Position numbers and translations under genes: made by a program
Shown here: one piece after another, positions 1 to 12,422 of the stretch
Position numbering within the stretch: position 1 is the stretch's first letter
Layout of the letters: each line of letters starts with the position of its first letter
Notes under the pieces: generated by a model
Databases searched by the model: none
What the model saw: only the letters and a program-made list of their open reading frames with translations
Told to the model about the DNA's origin: nothing
Assembly: GCA_021613535.1 (NCBI GenBank)
Contig: CP075494.1
Span: 4,774,001 to 4,838,000 of the forward strand
Length of the DNA stretch: 64,000 nucleotides
Direction of reading: 5' to 3'
Origin: Adineta vaga
Taxonomy: Eukaryota; Animalia; Rotifera

Positions 1-660
1 TAAATAAAACCATAGTAGAACAATAAATTCTACACAATCAAAAAAAGAAAGCATATTTGTAGGAATCCTTAGTGCGATTTCGAACGATATAAAATGAATG
101 TTAAAATTCCAAGACCAAATCTAAGTATTGCACATGTGACAGAACTTGCAAGATAGGATGAAATTATTTATGTCTGAATATGATTTTTGTTTCATCTGAA
201 TAAAATTATTTGATAACATATGTATGTTTTTGAAGGATAGTTAGATGGATGAAGAAAGAAAGTTTCTTTTAAAATGATGTTATTGCTCGATTCGATACGT
301 TACTGTGTGACTACTCATTTTACCTTATCAGATTTGCCATTGTATTATTCATCCGTTCTTATCAATCCTTTGTTTTTTCCCTTCACTTTTTCAGAGTTTA
401 ATTCCCTGTGTGTCACAGAATCTGCTTGCTGTCAAGCTTCTTTTTGTTAGTTCAATATTTATTAATCTTTATGAGTAAGCGTATCTGAACCATTTATTAA
501 GGAAAACATTTGAATTTACTTTTGCGGAAGATTTTGGACAGTGGTATCGTATAATATAAATGTTTATTCAAAACAAAAAGAATACATCTTATTTATTATC
601 AGATATAAAAGTAGATTACAATTCATAGGTTTAATAAATGAAAACCATATGTATCGTGTG

Positions 661-1644
661 TTATGCAGTTGTTGATGCTGCTGAATATGCTCGTCGATTT
701 CTATGATGACGGTAGTAATAAACACCGGTAATTCCTACGATAATGCTAATAATAATAAAACAAGATAGTCGAATTAAAATTTTCGCGGAAAAATTGTTTT
801 TTCTGATTGATAGGAGGTCTTTTGTCTTTGGTGGTTTTCCCATTGAACTATTTCGTGATGATCGATTTCGACGACGACGTAACCAGCTTACTATTGGTTT
901 AAAATAATCAAATAAAGTTGCCGTTTCATTCCAAACAAGCCGAAATGTTGATTCATCATTACAATTATCTCTCGTACAAATATATTGAACTGTTTTATAT
1001 TCAATCGATCGAAAATCGATACTTTCCATTTTCATCGATAAATCAATCGTATTCAAATCGAGATCATCTATACAACCTGCTCCAAGCACACTATAATTTC
1101 TCATTGCAGTATATTCAGCAATACATATTCCACTTGAACAATCCGTGGATTTTCCTGCTATATCACATCTACTCGAATGATTGCCAAATGTTAATAAATA
1201 GATCAAATTCATTTGTATAATTTCATGTTTTATCTTAGCTAACCAATGTATCCATTTTTCGATAAACATTCGATCACATAAATTATTTGTCGAACAAGTA
1301 AAATCAATCGTACTTGTAACTGGATTATGTTCTTTCGTTAACGGAAACCATGTTTCGAAACTAATGTAATTCTCGGTAAGGTTTGTTGTTTCACCAAAAT
1401 CAATCGTGATATTACTATTGGCAATATTATATTCAATATAGATAGTAACATGACATACACTATTCTTTTTATATGAGAAGATTGTTTTGTTGTAAAGTTG
1501 TTGAAATGTACTTGAATTGTGAGTTGATAAGAGTTCAGTTCGAGAAATTTCCAAGGAACTATTTGTAATACAAAGTAATGAACATATGTTTTGTAGAGAG
1601 ATGAGAATCAATAATAGAATGATGAAAATGTTAAAAATTAGCAT
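661..1644 (-). CDS. Type I single-pass membrane protein with Cys-rich ectodomain, function unknown (327 aa, intronless)
   Basis: N-terminal signal peptide (MLIFNIFIILLLILISLQNICS). Two Cys clusters ending CSTNNLCD and CTRDNCN. C-terminal TM (LSCFIIISIIVGITGVYYY) followed by a basic stop-transfer segment. Confidence 0.75.
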   Translation of the reverse strand: MLIFNIFIILLLILISLQNICSLLCITNSSLEISRTELLSTHNSSTFQQLYNKTIFSYKKNSVCHVTIYIEYNIANSNITIDFGETTNLTENYISFETWFPLTKEHNPVTSTIDFTCSTNNLCDRMFIEKWIHWLAKIKHEIIQMNLIYLLTFGNHSSRCDIAGKSTDCSSGICIAEYTAMRNYSVLGAGCIDDLDLNTIDLSMKMESIDFRSIEYKTVQYICTRDNCNDESTFRLVWNETATLFDYFKPIVSWLRRRRNRSSRNSSMGKPPKTKDLLSIRKNNFSAKILIRLSCFIIISIIVGITGVYYYRHHRNRRAYSAASTTA

Positions 1645-2009
1645 CTTTGTGGTTTATTTTTATTTTGAAAGAACTTTCTTTTTCTTCTTCTTCTTCTTCT
1701 TCTAACATATAAAGGAAGAAATTGAAGGTAAAAATGACATAATAGACAAGAGCATATACAAGAAAGAAAGAGAGATAAGAACAAAATATATAACAGAGAA
1801 TCAAAAGAATGAAGTGCAATTCAGAAGAACAAGCCTGTTTTACTATAACAGAAGAGAGATAAATAAATTATATAACTCTCTAGTCTTTTGTTGTTTTTTT
1901 TATTCAAATAAATGAACGATATATATTTAATGAGAAAAAAATTGACGAAATACTACAATTAATCACTGAACAAACTAAAAAGAAAGTGTTTTGATTTAGA
2001 ATAAAATTT

Positions 2010-3898
2010 TCAATTTCGATCGAGATGAAATTGTTGTATACGATGATTTCCACTATCAAGAACGTAGAGATTCTTTTCTTGGTCGAATAAGAAATCTTTA
2101 GGATATCGTAATTGATTTTTTCCATTTCCTTCATCATTACCACCGACAATAATATATCCTTGTTTGGCTTCTTTCGGCCAACAAACAATTCGATGATTAT
2201 CAGTATCAGCAACGTAGATATTTTCCGAATCATCAACAAATACTTTGCGAGGAGTATCTAATTGATTAAGATCAGATCCTTTTCCATTTCCACCAGCAAC
2301 AAGAATTCCTTCGGTTGCACCTTCGGGCCATTTCATAATTCGATGATTATTTGTATCTGATATATAAACCGAATGATTGACATCGACAAAGATAGATGTA
2401 GGATTATCTAATTGATCATGTCGTGAACCAGCTTCGTCTTTTCCAGCTATATAAAATCCAGAGGTATCATCAGGTTTCCACCGTGTTATTATACTATTTC
2501 GAGAATCCGATAGATAGAAGTAACCGTTTTTATCCATAGTTAATCGTTGCCAATTAAAATTTGAAAAAAGAATTTTTCCATGTTTTCCATTTTTTCGTGG
2601 CCATTGAACAATACGTCGATTGCCTGCATCACAAATGAATAAATGTTGACCTTCTGCATCTAAAATCACATCTGATGGACCATCCAATAGATGTACACTA
2701 CTTCCACTTTCTGCTCCACCAGCGACAACTTGCCCACTTGTTGCTCCACAATTCCATTCGACAATACGATTATTACAACTATCAGCAATATAAAATGTTC
2801 GATCGTTATCCATACAAAAACTTGTTGGAAGAAATAATTGATTTAAATCTTTACCAAGACCATTTCCTCCAGCAATCGTATCACCATCTTGTATCCATCG
2901 TTTGTTTTCCGATACATTTGTTTCTACTACAGAATCTAGAATAGAAAAAAAACTCTACACTCAATCAAAAAATACGGAAAATACATACTTGATTTTTCAA
3001 TTTGATTACTTTTCGTTTTATCAGATACTGATTTAGGGTCATCAACAATTACTATTGATGTTGTTTTTCCTATGAAATAAAATAAATATATATTTGTTCG
3101 ATATATTGTATTCTCAAAATGAAAATATTAATGAATCTGTTATTTCTATTTACCACCAAATAATTTTTCTAGAGATGATGGTATGGATATTTCTTCCAGT
3201 TCAATTACACAAAAATTATCACTTCGATGAAAAGAATTTTGACATTTGAATTGTGTACCGGGTAAAAGAAGTATTTCGTCATCTCCTTGAAAACTAGAAT
3301 GTTTTGTAATATTTCTTGCTGTTTTACATTTAATATTGAATAATAATCGTTTTTTTGTTAGATTTGAAAATACTACCGAATGTAAAATATTCATTATATT
3401 CGTACAAGATGAAAATCCCGACCATGTAACTCTTTGACCGATACTATAGCGTTCAGTTAGATCGAGTTTGACTGCACGATAAATATTGCCTTCGACAGGT
3501 GGAAGACGTGCGAGTGCAGTAAATAATAATTTCAAATAGAGAAACCATGGTTTAAGCTTTTCTCGATCTTTTGAACGTAATGCTTCGTTTAAACCAGAGT
3601 ATAAACATTCATTAATTGGTAACCAGCCTGTTGTATACAACATGATTGAAGTTGATTCATCGACAGTTAATCCATCGGGTGGTGGACGTGGACATTTTGT
3701 TTTCAGATATTTCGCGAAATTATAAATCAATGGTGACCATGAACGAAGTGGTTCAACAGCATTTTCAAGAGAAACAATTGGTATTTCTTCTAAATCATCC
3801 AATGGTGGAAGATCACATAGTGGTTCATCATTAATATCGAAAATACGATAAAAGTGATATCCCAAATGGACTTCTTCGCTTTCATTCATTTGAATCAT
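2010..3898 (-). CDS. ADP-ribosyltransferase (ARTC-like R-S-E) fused to an NHL-repeat beta-propeller; 3 exons (3898-3154, 3069-2989, 2935-2010), 583 aa
   Basis: ART motifs IYRAV / FSSCT / GDDEILLLPG. NHL repeats YIADSCNNRI, YISDTNNHRI, YVADTDNHRI. GT-AG introns 3153-3070 and 2988-2936 join the ORFs in frame (1752 nt = 584 codons). Confidence 0.85.
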
Positions 3899-4961
3899 GG
3901 TGAATGGTTTTTGAAATGAACCGTAAAGTGCTTGATGAAATTAAAAAAGATGAGACGATTAGACGATTCTTTTTCGTAAATGTACTGCTGTGTTCGAGTG
4001 AAGGATATAACTAGAAGATTCTTGCTTTACCTTGTTATCGTCGACGTATTTCGATGATGATTTAATGATCACACGTGATAAAAAGTAAGGTTTTATGTAT
4101 TGTTTTGCTATACCTTTTCTTTCGTTTTTAACTCGATACCATTTGTAGACGATATGCATCAAGCGAACACTGTAGTTAACGAACTGAGACGAAAACAATA
4201 ATTTTACGTCCGCCACTATTGATATGATAGTATTGATAAAAAAAAACCATCATTCTTACAAAACTTACTAAATTGAAGACATATAGCTTTGTTTCTTTTC
4301 GATTGCTATGATTTTAATTACTTTTGTCTTCGAACGGAAATATACAAATAGTATTCATTTGTTTCAAGATAAAATGTCTTATTAGTACAATTTTTTGATT
4401 CATCAATATAACATATGATCATTGAAATAAAGAAAGCAATTCCTTCTAATATGTCGTATTTATCTATCTTTTGTTTATTCATATAAATTATCAAAATATT
4501 CATCCTATACACAGGAGGCCTAGTAATGGAAAAAAAATTAATTAGTTATTTTTTCTTCGTAGAAGTATGAATTGAGAGAACTAATCGATTTTTTTAAAAG
4601 GTAATTTCCGTTGAAATATAAAACGTGATCCGTATCATGTGCATGTGTGATTTTTAAAGCCGACTGAATAATTGGTGCAAAACCTCGAAGATATATTTCA
4701 TATTTAATGAGAAAAATAAATTCTTCGAAGTCATAACTATTTCTTTGTTTTGTTCGTCAAGATGGTTCTGAGAAGGAAATACTCAACTGGTAGAAGTAAT
4801 GTGTTTCCTAAAATAAGAATAATGAAAGATAACTTCTCCTATTATTCATCACACATGTCGAAATCAGTTGTAATAGTAAAACAATAGAAGACAGCAATCT
4901 TGATTTTAGTGAGGATTTTTCTCAAGTATGTAAGTTAATTCATCTTTTAGATTGACTGATC

Positions 4962-7900
4962 ATGGCTGTGTATCAGTGCCTAGGATCAGTATGCAAAAAA
5001 ATCTATGAACAGTTACTCATATGGAATGTTTTTGATTCTCGATCATCCGATCCATCTGTTATTCGTCGCGAACTTTTGTCTACTCGTGTTTATCTTATAC
5101 TTTTGATCATTTCTATCACTATTCTAACAACATATACTTCATTTACACTACGCAACAACAATGAATCAGTCACATATCCAACTTATTCTGTTTATTATGA
5201 TTTGTACAAGAAATATTTTGATAGTTTACAATGTTCCTGTACAACACTTTCGATTCCCTACGGAAAATTTGTGAGAACAGTGGCATCATTTCATCAAGTG
5301 TGTTCAAGTGAGTTTGTATCGCAACGATGGATTGATTTTCTATTTACAGCTGATTTGCTATCGATTTGGCCAGTTGATGTTCGAACGAGTCTGAGTGCAA
5401 TGTGGCAAATGGTTCGATCATTCTGTCAAAATGCATATCAAACAATAATCGATATGCTCAATGAGTTCAATACTACATCATTGAATAGTGCAATATTATT
5501 GAATGAAAAATTGTTAGAAGCAAAAGTACAGAGTATTCTATCATCACTACGTGAAATAGCATCGACTAATCTTGTTCAGTCGATAACAATTGTTGATCGA
5601 ATGGCTCAAGCAAATCAACTAATAACAGCACTAGGAACAAATTATATTGCTGTTACAGACATATTTGGATTGTCACAAAAAAATGATTTATACCAAAACT
5701 TTAGTTCAAACAACGTATCTTTGTATACCGGAATATTTGAGAACAAATATATACAAAGAAACTCCACCATCCCGTGTTCATGTAAAAACAATGGTTCATG
5801 CCCTTTGCCTGGTAATCTTTATTTGTACAATATGGTAGAACAACATGGAATGTATGATCTGAACACAATTCAATCAAATGGAAGCTTATCTGGTGTGTTT
5901 GTTGATTGTTTACCACTACAAATGACAGTTATATCAACATTAGAATGCTTTTTTCAACAATCATGTTTGAATCTTCTTCTTTCATCTTATCAACGCCATA
6001 TCAACATATCCATTCTGAATAGTTCTCAAATCAGTCGTTTTCCTCCAACAACATCCATTCGATCACTTGTCGATGAACTTTTCATTACAGAGATTCTGAA
6101 TGAGACAAACTATGAGAAATATTATACAACATGTTTGCCAAATAGTTGCAGTTATTCTTTTATGCATCGATTTGATTGGATGTATGTATTAGCTACTTTT
6201 ATCTCGCTTTGTGGAGGAATATCAGTAGCATTAAGAATCATTGTTTCATATTTCATTCAATTTGTTTTATTTTTACACAAACGATGTTATTCAAAGGATC
6301 AACAGAAAGATAAAACAATCCCAAGTAAGATTTAAAAAAAGGAAATGAATATCTAACGAATGAATATTTTGATCATTTTAGATGAGAGTTTCGTCCATCG
6401 TTTGAAAACCATTTTTATAAAGATCAAAACAAAATTAATCAAATTTAACATATATAGTAAATATTCTCGTGATCCACTACGTATTTATCATGGTCGTTTA
6501 TCAACACGATTATATCTTATCTTACTAATAATATCAATAATAATTATTATTCTGTATTCATCTCTATTAGTTGAAACAACTACTGAACAAATTCTAAATC
6601 CATCTGAAAAGGAATATCAGATATTAGAAGAAAGATATTCATCAACATTATCATGTTCTTGTACTCGAATATCCGTTCTTTATGGAGATTTTATTAAAAT
6701 ACAAGTAAAATATCATCAGATTTGTTCAAGTGATTTTGTTCAATCATGGTGGTATCAGAGCATTCTTTCACCAAATACTTCAGATGTGAAGACACAGTTT
6801 ACCTTATTTGCTTCATCATATTTTCAAATACTTGCAGCATTTTGTGATTTAGCAAGTGAAACAGTTGAACATGAAATCAAACGGTATTCGTCAACTAATT
6901 TTGTTAATGGTTACGTTTTATCGACTGATTTATTCGATAAACAAATCAACGCATCCATAAATTCATTTATTGAATTAACAAAAACTGAGTTTATCTATCG
7001 AATGTCTTTGACAAAGACATTACTGCACATTAATCAGTATGTGAGTAATACGCTGCTAAATGCTCATCTTGGGACATTAATAAGTTCTCATACTGATAAT
7101 AGCTATTCTTTCAGAATAATTCTGCAATCTTTTTATAGAATCAAAGAAAACAATACAAAATGCTACTGTTCTCTTGATTCTACATGCAATTTAGACGATC
7201 TGATTTTCATGTACGATGCAAAGTATGAGTTTGGTTGGCAACTTGACGGAATTCATGGAAGGTGTTCCGTAGTGGATTCTGTATTGAAATCATCATTGAA
7301 ATGTTGGTTCACAAGTAATTGCACTAATCAGTTGAAAAATCTTTTGGAACAATCAGAAATTTCAGTACCTTTTTCGATTACTCCACTTAATCTAACGTTA
7401 TCTACTCGTTATTCTTCTACAACACCAACAGAATCAATTTTGAATGAGATGATGATTGAAGAGTGGAATATATCTCTTTCGTATTCAGATTATTATCAAC
7501 AATGTCATCCTTCATTGTGTTCATTCACTCATCAAAAGAAACCTAATATTGCATATATTTTCACTATCAACCTTAGTCTTATTGGTGGCATTAATATTAT
7601 CCTTCGACTGATCTCTCCACTCATTATCACGATCATCTGCAAATTGATCAAAAAACTAAAACATCATAGATCATCATCAATTGCAACTGTTACTGTACAA
7701 GAAGAAAATCATCGTAAGTTCTTATCGATATGAATTGATTTTTGGCAACGTGATTTGAAGAAAATAATGTTTCAGAGAGAAAGACATAATGAATATCATA
7801 TATGAACAATTTTTTCTTTCGATATTATTGTTTAGAAATTAACGGGAATTCAATGAAAGTAAAATTTATGATCCATCGATTTGTGAATCAGCTATTGGTT

Positions 7901-9127
7901 TTAAATGTCTTTGATAGCGAATCAAATGATTTTCGAACTGTTCATCGTGAAAGAGTAACTACAAGATTATATTTGATGATTTTATTGATATCATTATATA
8001 CGATAACTATATATTCGATGATAACAGATAGAACTGCTAGTTTATATTTTTATAATCCAAATGAAAGCGATTATAACAAGTTAATGACATGGTATTCCAA
8101 GTCACTTCAATGTTCATGTCAGAAAGCTTCTATTCAATATAAAAATTTCATCGCTATCACGACAACATTTCATCAAATTTGTTCAAGTGAGTTTGCGGGT
8201 ACAGCATGGCGTGATTATTTATTTCTTGATGAATATTGGCATAATTATGCACGAGCTGATATTCGTTCACGTGGTAGTTTGTATTTTGTCTTTCTTTCAA
8301 CTCTATGTCAATTATCTCAGACAACAGTGAAGAATGCTCTTGATCAATTTCTCAATAAAACATTTATCAATACTCAAATCTTATCAAGATCTGAATTTCG
8401 TCTTCAAATTGACAGCTTATTTTTACAATTTCAAACACAGACGACATCAAAATTTTCTCGAAGTTTAAATTTGTTACGGGATATAATGAATGACAATGCA
8501 CTAGTCTCTTCATGTAATTTGAATTGGAACTGGCAGAGAGATTCGAAACGAATTTATACAACAATCCCAACTCAGCCAGTGATAATGGAAGATGGATGCT
8601 CTTGTGCTACACGAAACGATTGCAGTGAGTCTGGTGGAATCTATTTTGATACAACAAATGCGCAAATATTTCCGATGTATGGTTGGAACGTTGGATGTTC
8701 TGTTGTTGAAACAGTCCTACGATCAACATTCGAATGTTTGTATGATCAATCATGTCTAGATTTTTTATTATTCTATGCAACAATAGTTCCGAATCAATAT
8801 CCTTACAAAATGAACATATCAGCTATGAATTTTTCAAGAACAAGTCGCTTCAGACGAGATGCATTTATTCAAACTATAATTGATGAACTATTTATTGAAG
8901 AATGGAAAATAAACAAATATTATTCATCGTTTTATAATGCATGTGCACCAATTTCCTGTTCATATATCATTCGTAAAGAAGATTATTATATGTATACTGT
9001 ATCGAGAATATTAGGTTTGTATGGAGGATTAACAATTGTCTTACGATTGATTGTTTCAGTTATGATAAAACTATCATTCGAAATTGTACATCGATGTCGA
9101 AGAAATAGAATTGTTTCATCGGAATAG
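4962..9127 (+). CDS. Single polypeptide of three tandem 2-TM / Cys-rich ectodomain repeats (1328 aa); exons 4962-6324, 6382-7713, 7836-9127
   Basis: Three homologous ORFs share TRxYLxLL (TM1), CSC, HQxCSSxF, CxPxxCSY/F and GG(I/L)xxxLRxI (TM2). Phase-1 introns 6325-6381 (GTAAGA..TTTTAG) and 7714-7835 (GTAAGT..TTTAG) join them in frame (3987 nt). Confidence 0.8.
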
Positions 9128-9306
9128 TTTGTCTGAAATCTGTTCATTTTTCTTGCGCGTCGAAGTAACTTTTAAACCATTCTCATGTACGCTCATCAAA
9201 AATTATTTGCTTTGCTATGCTTTTTTCTTTCAAATATAACAACGATTGATACAGTAAGATCGGTATGAGTGTGAATGCTGTTCACTTTCCTTATCCATAC
9301 CCTTCT

Positions 9307-9341
9307 CTTTCTTTTCTTTTCTTTTCTTTTCTTTTCTTTTC
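9307..9341. repeat. (CTTTT)n microsatellite
   Basis: Directly visible tandem ctttt run upstream of the proline iminopeptidase gene. Confidence 0.85.
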
Positions 9342-9543
9342 TGCTTGTTTCTCTTTCATATAAATATTTGTTGACATCATCCACGACACTATCGTTAACG
9401 TAGCTTTGACGATTTTATCTGAAAGAAATGGTTTTTATGTGCATCACGTAGTCGTTTATTTCATAAGAAAGAAAGTATAGATAGTGATAGTATCTTTAGC
9501 ATTCAATACGTTTCTTAATAATTGTTTCATTTATCAATAAAAC

Positions 9544-10470
9544 ATGGTCGATTCAAATGAAAAGATGATACCAATTGAAACTCCTATTGGAAAATTTAAT
9601 GTTTGGACAAAACGTATTGGAAATAATCCAACAATAAAACTTTTACTTCTACATGGTGGTCCAGGTGCTACATATGAATTATTTGAAACTTTCGAAAAAC
9701 ATCTTCCCAATGAAGGTATTGAATTTTATTATTATGATCAACTTGGATCATTTTCAAGTGATAAACCAACTGATATCAGTTTATGGGCAATCGAACGTTT
9801 TGTTGATGAAGTTGAACAAGTTAGGAAGGCTCTTGGTTTAAATCAAGATAATTTTTATTTACTCGGGCATAGTTGGGGTGGAATCTTAGCATTAGAATAT
9901 GCTTTAGTTTATCAAAAGAATTTGAAAGGTTTAATTATTAGTAATATGATGTGTAGTGCATCTGATTATGCTAAATATGCTAAAGATGTTTTAAGTAAAA
10001 GTATTGATTCACAAGTATTAAAAGAAATTAAAGAAATAGAAGCAAAGAACGATTATAACAATCCCAAATATATGGAATTATTGATACCAAACTTCTATAA
10101 AAAACACTTTTGTCGATTAGAAACATGGCCTGAAACTATGGAACGTGCTTTTTCACATTTAAATAGTGATATTTATATTTTAATGCAAGGTCCATCTGAA
10201 TTTGGTATTTCTGGTTTATTAGAAAAATGGAATCGAAAAGATGATATATCAAATATTGAGATTCCAACACTTATGATTGGTGCAACATTTGATACGATGG
10301 ATCCAGAACATATGAAATGGATGGCAAAACAAGTGAAACATGGTTCAGTTTTAATTTGTCCAAATGGTAGTCATTGTTCTATGTGGGATGATGAAGAACA
10401 CTATTTTCATGGACTTATTCGTTTTATTAAGAGCGTTGATCGAGGTGAAAAACCTAAGGACATCTATTAA
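9544..10470 (+). CDS. pip: Proline iminopeptidase-like alpha/beta hydrolase (peptidase S33), intronless, bacterial-type
   Basis: LLHGGPG, YYDQLG, nucleophile GHSWGG, GPSEF, and catalytic D (FDTM) and H (GSHCS). Confidence 0.9.
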   Translation: MVDSNEKMIPIETPIGKFNVWTKRIGNNPTIKLLLLHGGPGATYELFETFEKHLPNEGIEFYYYDQLGSFSSDKPTDISLWAIERFVDEVEQVRKALGLNQDNFYLLGHSWGGILALEYALVYQKNLKGLIISNMMCSASDYAKYAKDVLSKSIDSQVLKEIKEIEAKNDYNNPKYMELLIPNFYKKHFCRLETWPETMERAFSHLNSDIYILMQGPSEFGISGLLEKWNRKDDISNIEIPTLMIGATFDTMDPEHMKWMAKQVKHGSVLICPNGSHCSMWDDEEHYFHGLIRFIKSVDRGEKPKDIY

Positions 10471-10870
10471 TAATAAAAACTTACAAAGCTATAGTGATAT
10501 AAAATATGGAAATGTATAAGATCGTGATTTGTTCCACTATGGATTTTTGCACATTACTCAATACAATCTAATATAGAATGAAAATAAGATCTATCTGAAA
10601 AGTTCTTTAATAAGGTCAATGTTGTTATTATATAGTAGCTCGACTCAGCCATTTTCTCTATTTGTAGATGGAGATTAGTTTATTTCTGTTTCATATGAAT
10701 CAGAAAATTCTCTCGAGAATTCATCGTTTATGCAATAATTAATGTAGTTTTTATTTCAGAAAAATTTCCCACTTTTAAAATTCTCTTCATATGAACTGTG
10801 TCAGTCTTGTCATCACTAAAAGAAAAATGACAGCTAGATAATCAAGATAAATATATAAGCATACGAACGT

Positions 10871-12422
10871 TTAGTGGCATGAACTTTTGTCAATAGTAAA
10901 TTTTTGCACACGATGGTTTCCACTATCAACCACGTATAAATTACCATCATGATCGAATGCTAAGTCAGAGGGACTATAAAGATGAGTCGACGACGATCCT
11001 GAGCCAGAACCACCTGCAATTATAGGCCCTGTTGCTGCTCCATTTTTCCATCGTGTTACACGATGATTATTTCTTTCAACCACATAGATATCACCTGATT
11101 GGTCAGTAATAGCAGAATATGGATCAAAAGGTGGGTTCAAATAAACATCTTTAGATCCTTCCACAGCGACATAGAATTTTGATAGGTTTTGTTTTAGCTC
11201 ATATACATGTTTGTTGTTTATGTTAACAGAGTAAATAGATCCCTTTTGATCAGCAAATAAAGAAGTTGTTTCATACATACTCGTACCAATTGTTGTCCAA
11301 TTACCTTGTGCCTTTGTCTGTTTCAACAGAGTTGATCCTGTTGACATTGCATACAGGGATCCTTCATCATCTATTGCCACACCAATAGGACTAGATGCGT
11401 TCAAAATAGTATCCGCTCGATATGCATTTTTTACCCATCTTTGAATTCTTCCATTACTATAATCAGTGACATATACTGTTTCAGCTTTATCCACAATAAT
11501 ATCTCGAGGACTGTTTAAATGGGTTCTTTCTTTTCCTTTTCCATTGCCACCGGCCACTATTTCACCTGTGGTTACATTTGGTTTCCATTTAACAACTCGG
11601 TCATTAAGTGTATCTGCTATATATATATTTTGATTATCGTCTATAAAAATGCCATTGGGACGATTCAATCGATTCAATGTCGATCCGGAAGTTAAATTAC
11701 CAGCCACAGTGATACCAACTTTAGACCATGTTGCTGTTGCACAAATACCGTCCTTAGGTCTTAGTGAGGAAGTTGTCGCTGAATAGAAATATTCAAAGAA
11801 AATTTAAGAGTTTCGAATAAGTGCCTCTTAAACCTACTTGTTGTATCAACAGATGTAGTCATTATTGTACTAGTAGCAGTGATGCTCGTTGTTTCAATTG
11901 TAGAGGATGTGGTTGTTGTTGTTGTATTTATCACTATTTGAAAGAAAGAAAGTGAAAATGTAAATCTGATTACATTTTCTCTACTTACTGTTTGATGGTG
12001 GACAAATTTGTTGATTAATCATTAACAATGGATAACAGACGGGAGCACTATGACATCGAGGATGATGCACACATATATGTTCAGGTTTGTCACAAGTGTC
12101 ATCGAGAGCCTTGCATGGAGTCAAACGAGAACAGCTCACCCAAAGAAAACCGCAAACACCAAAATCATCCGCGGCTGTCATAGGAAAACATCCACAAGCA
12201 CTATTGCTTGAACATTGACCATATAGTGATGTTCCATGACATGTTTGACTGTACACTGGCACTATTCAAAAAATACTCATCGATCAACGAAAGAAATGCT
12301 GTAAAATAATCAAACCTGAGAAGCTAAAATAACATACGAATTATTTTAGAGAGATATTGCAGAAAAAGCAATTTTTCTTACCTACAAAAAATGAAGAAAA
12401 GACAATAGATCCGTGCTATCAT
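10871..12422 (-). CDS. Secreted protein: Cys-rich N-domain + Thr-rich linker + NHL propeller; exons 12422-12382, 12323-12316, 12261-11989, 11933-11838, 11778-10871 (441 aa)
   Basis: Signal MIARIYCLFFIFCSFSVPVYS built across an 8-nt microexon. Cys-rich domain (CSSNSACGC...CVHHPRC...CPP) and NHL repeats. Four GT-AG introns of 54-59 bp; total 1326 nt in frame. Confidence 0.8.

Noticed and set aside
4962-9127. Three independent tandem genes
   Set aside because: Gaps between ORFs are only 24 and 68 bp, and canonical splice sites join them in frame.
9196-9384. Lys/Arg-rich 62-aa ORF
   Set aside because: Product of the (CTTTT)n microsatellite.
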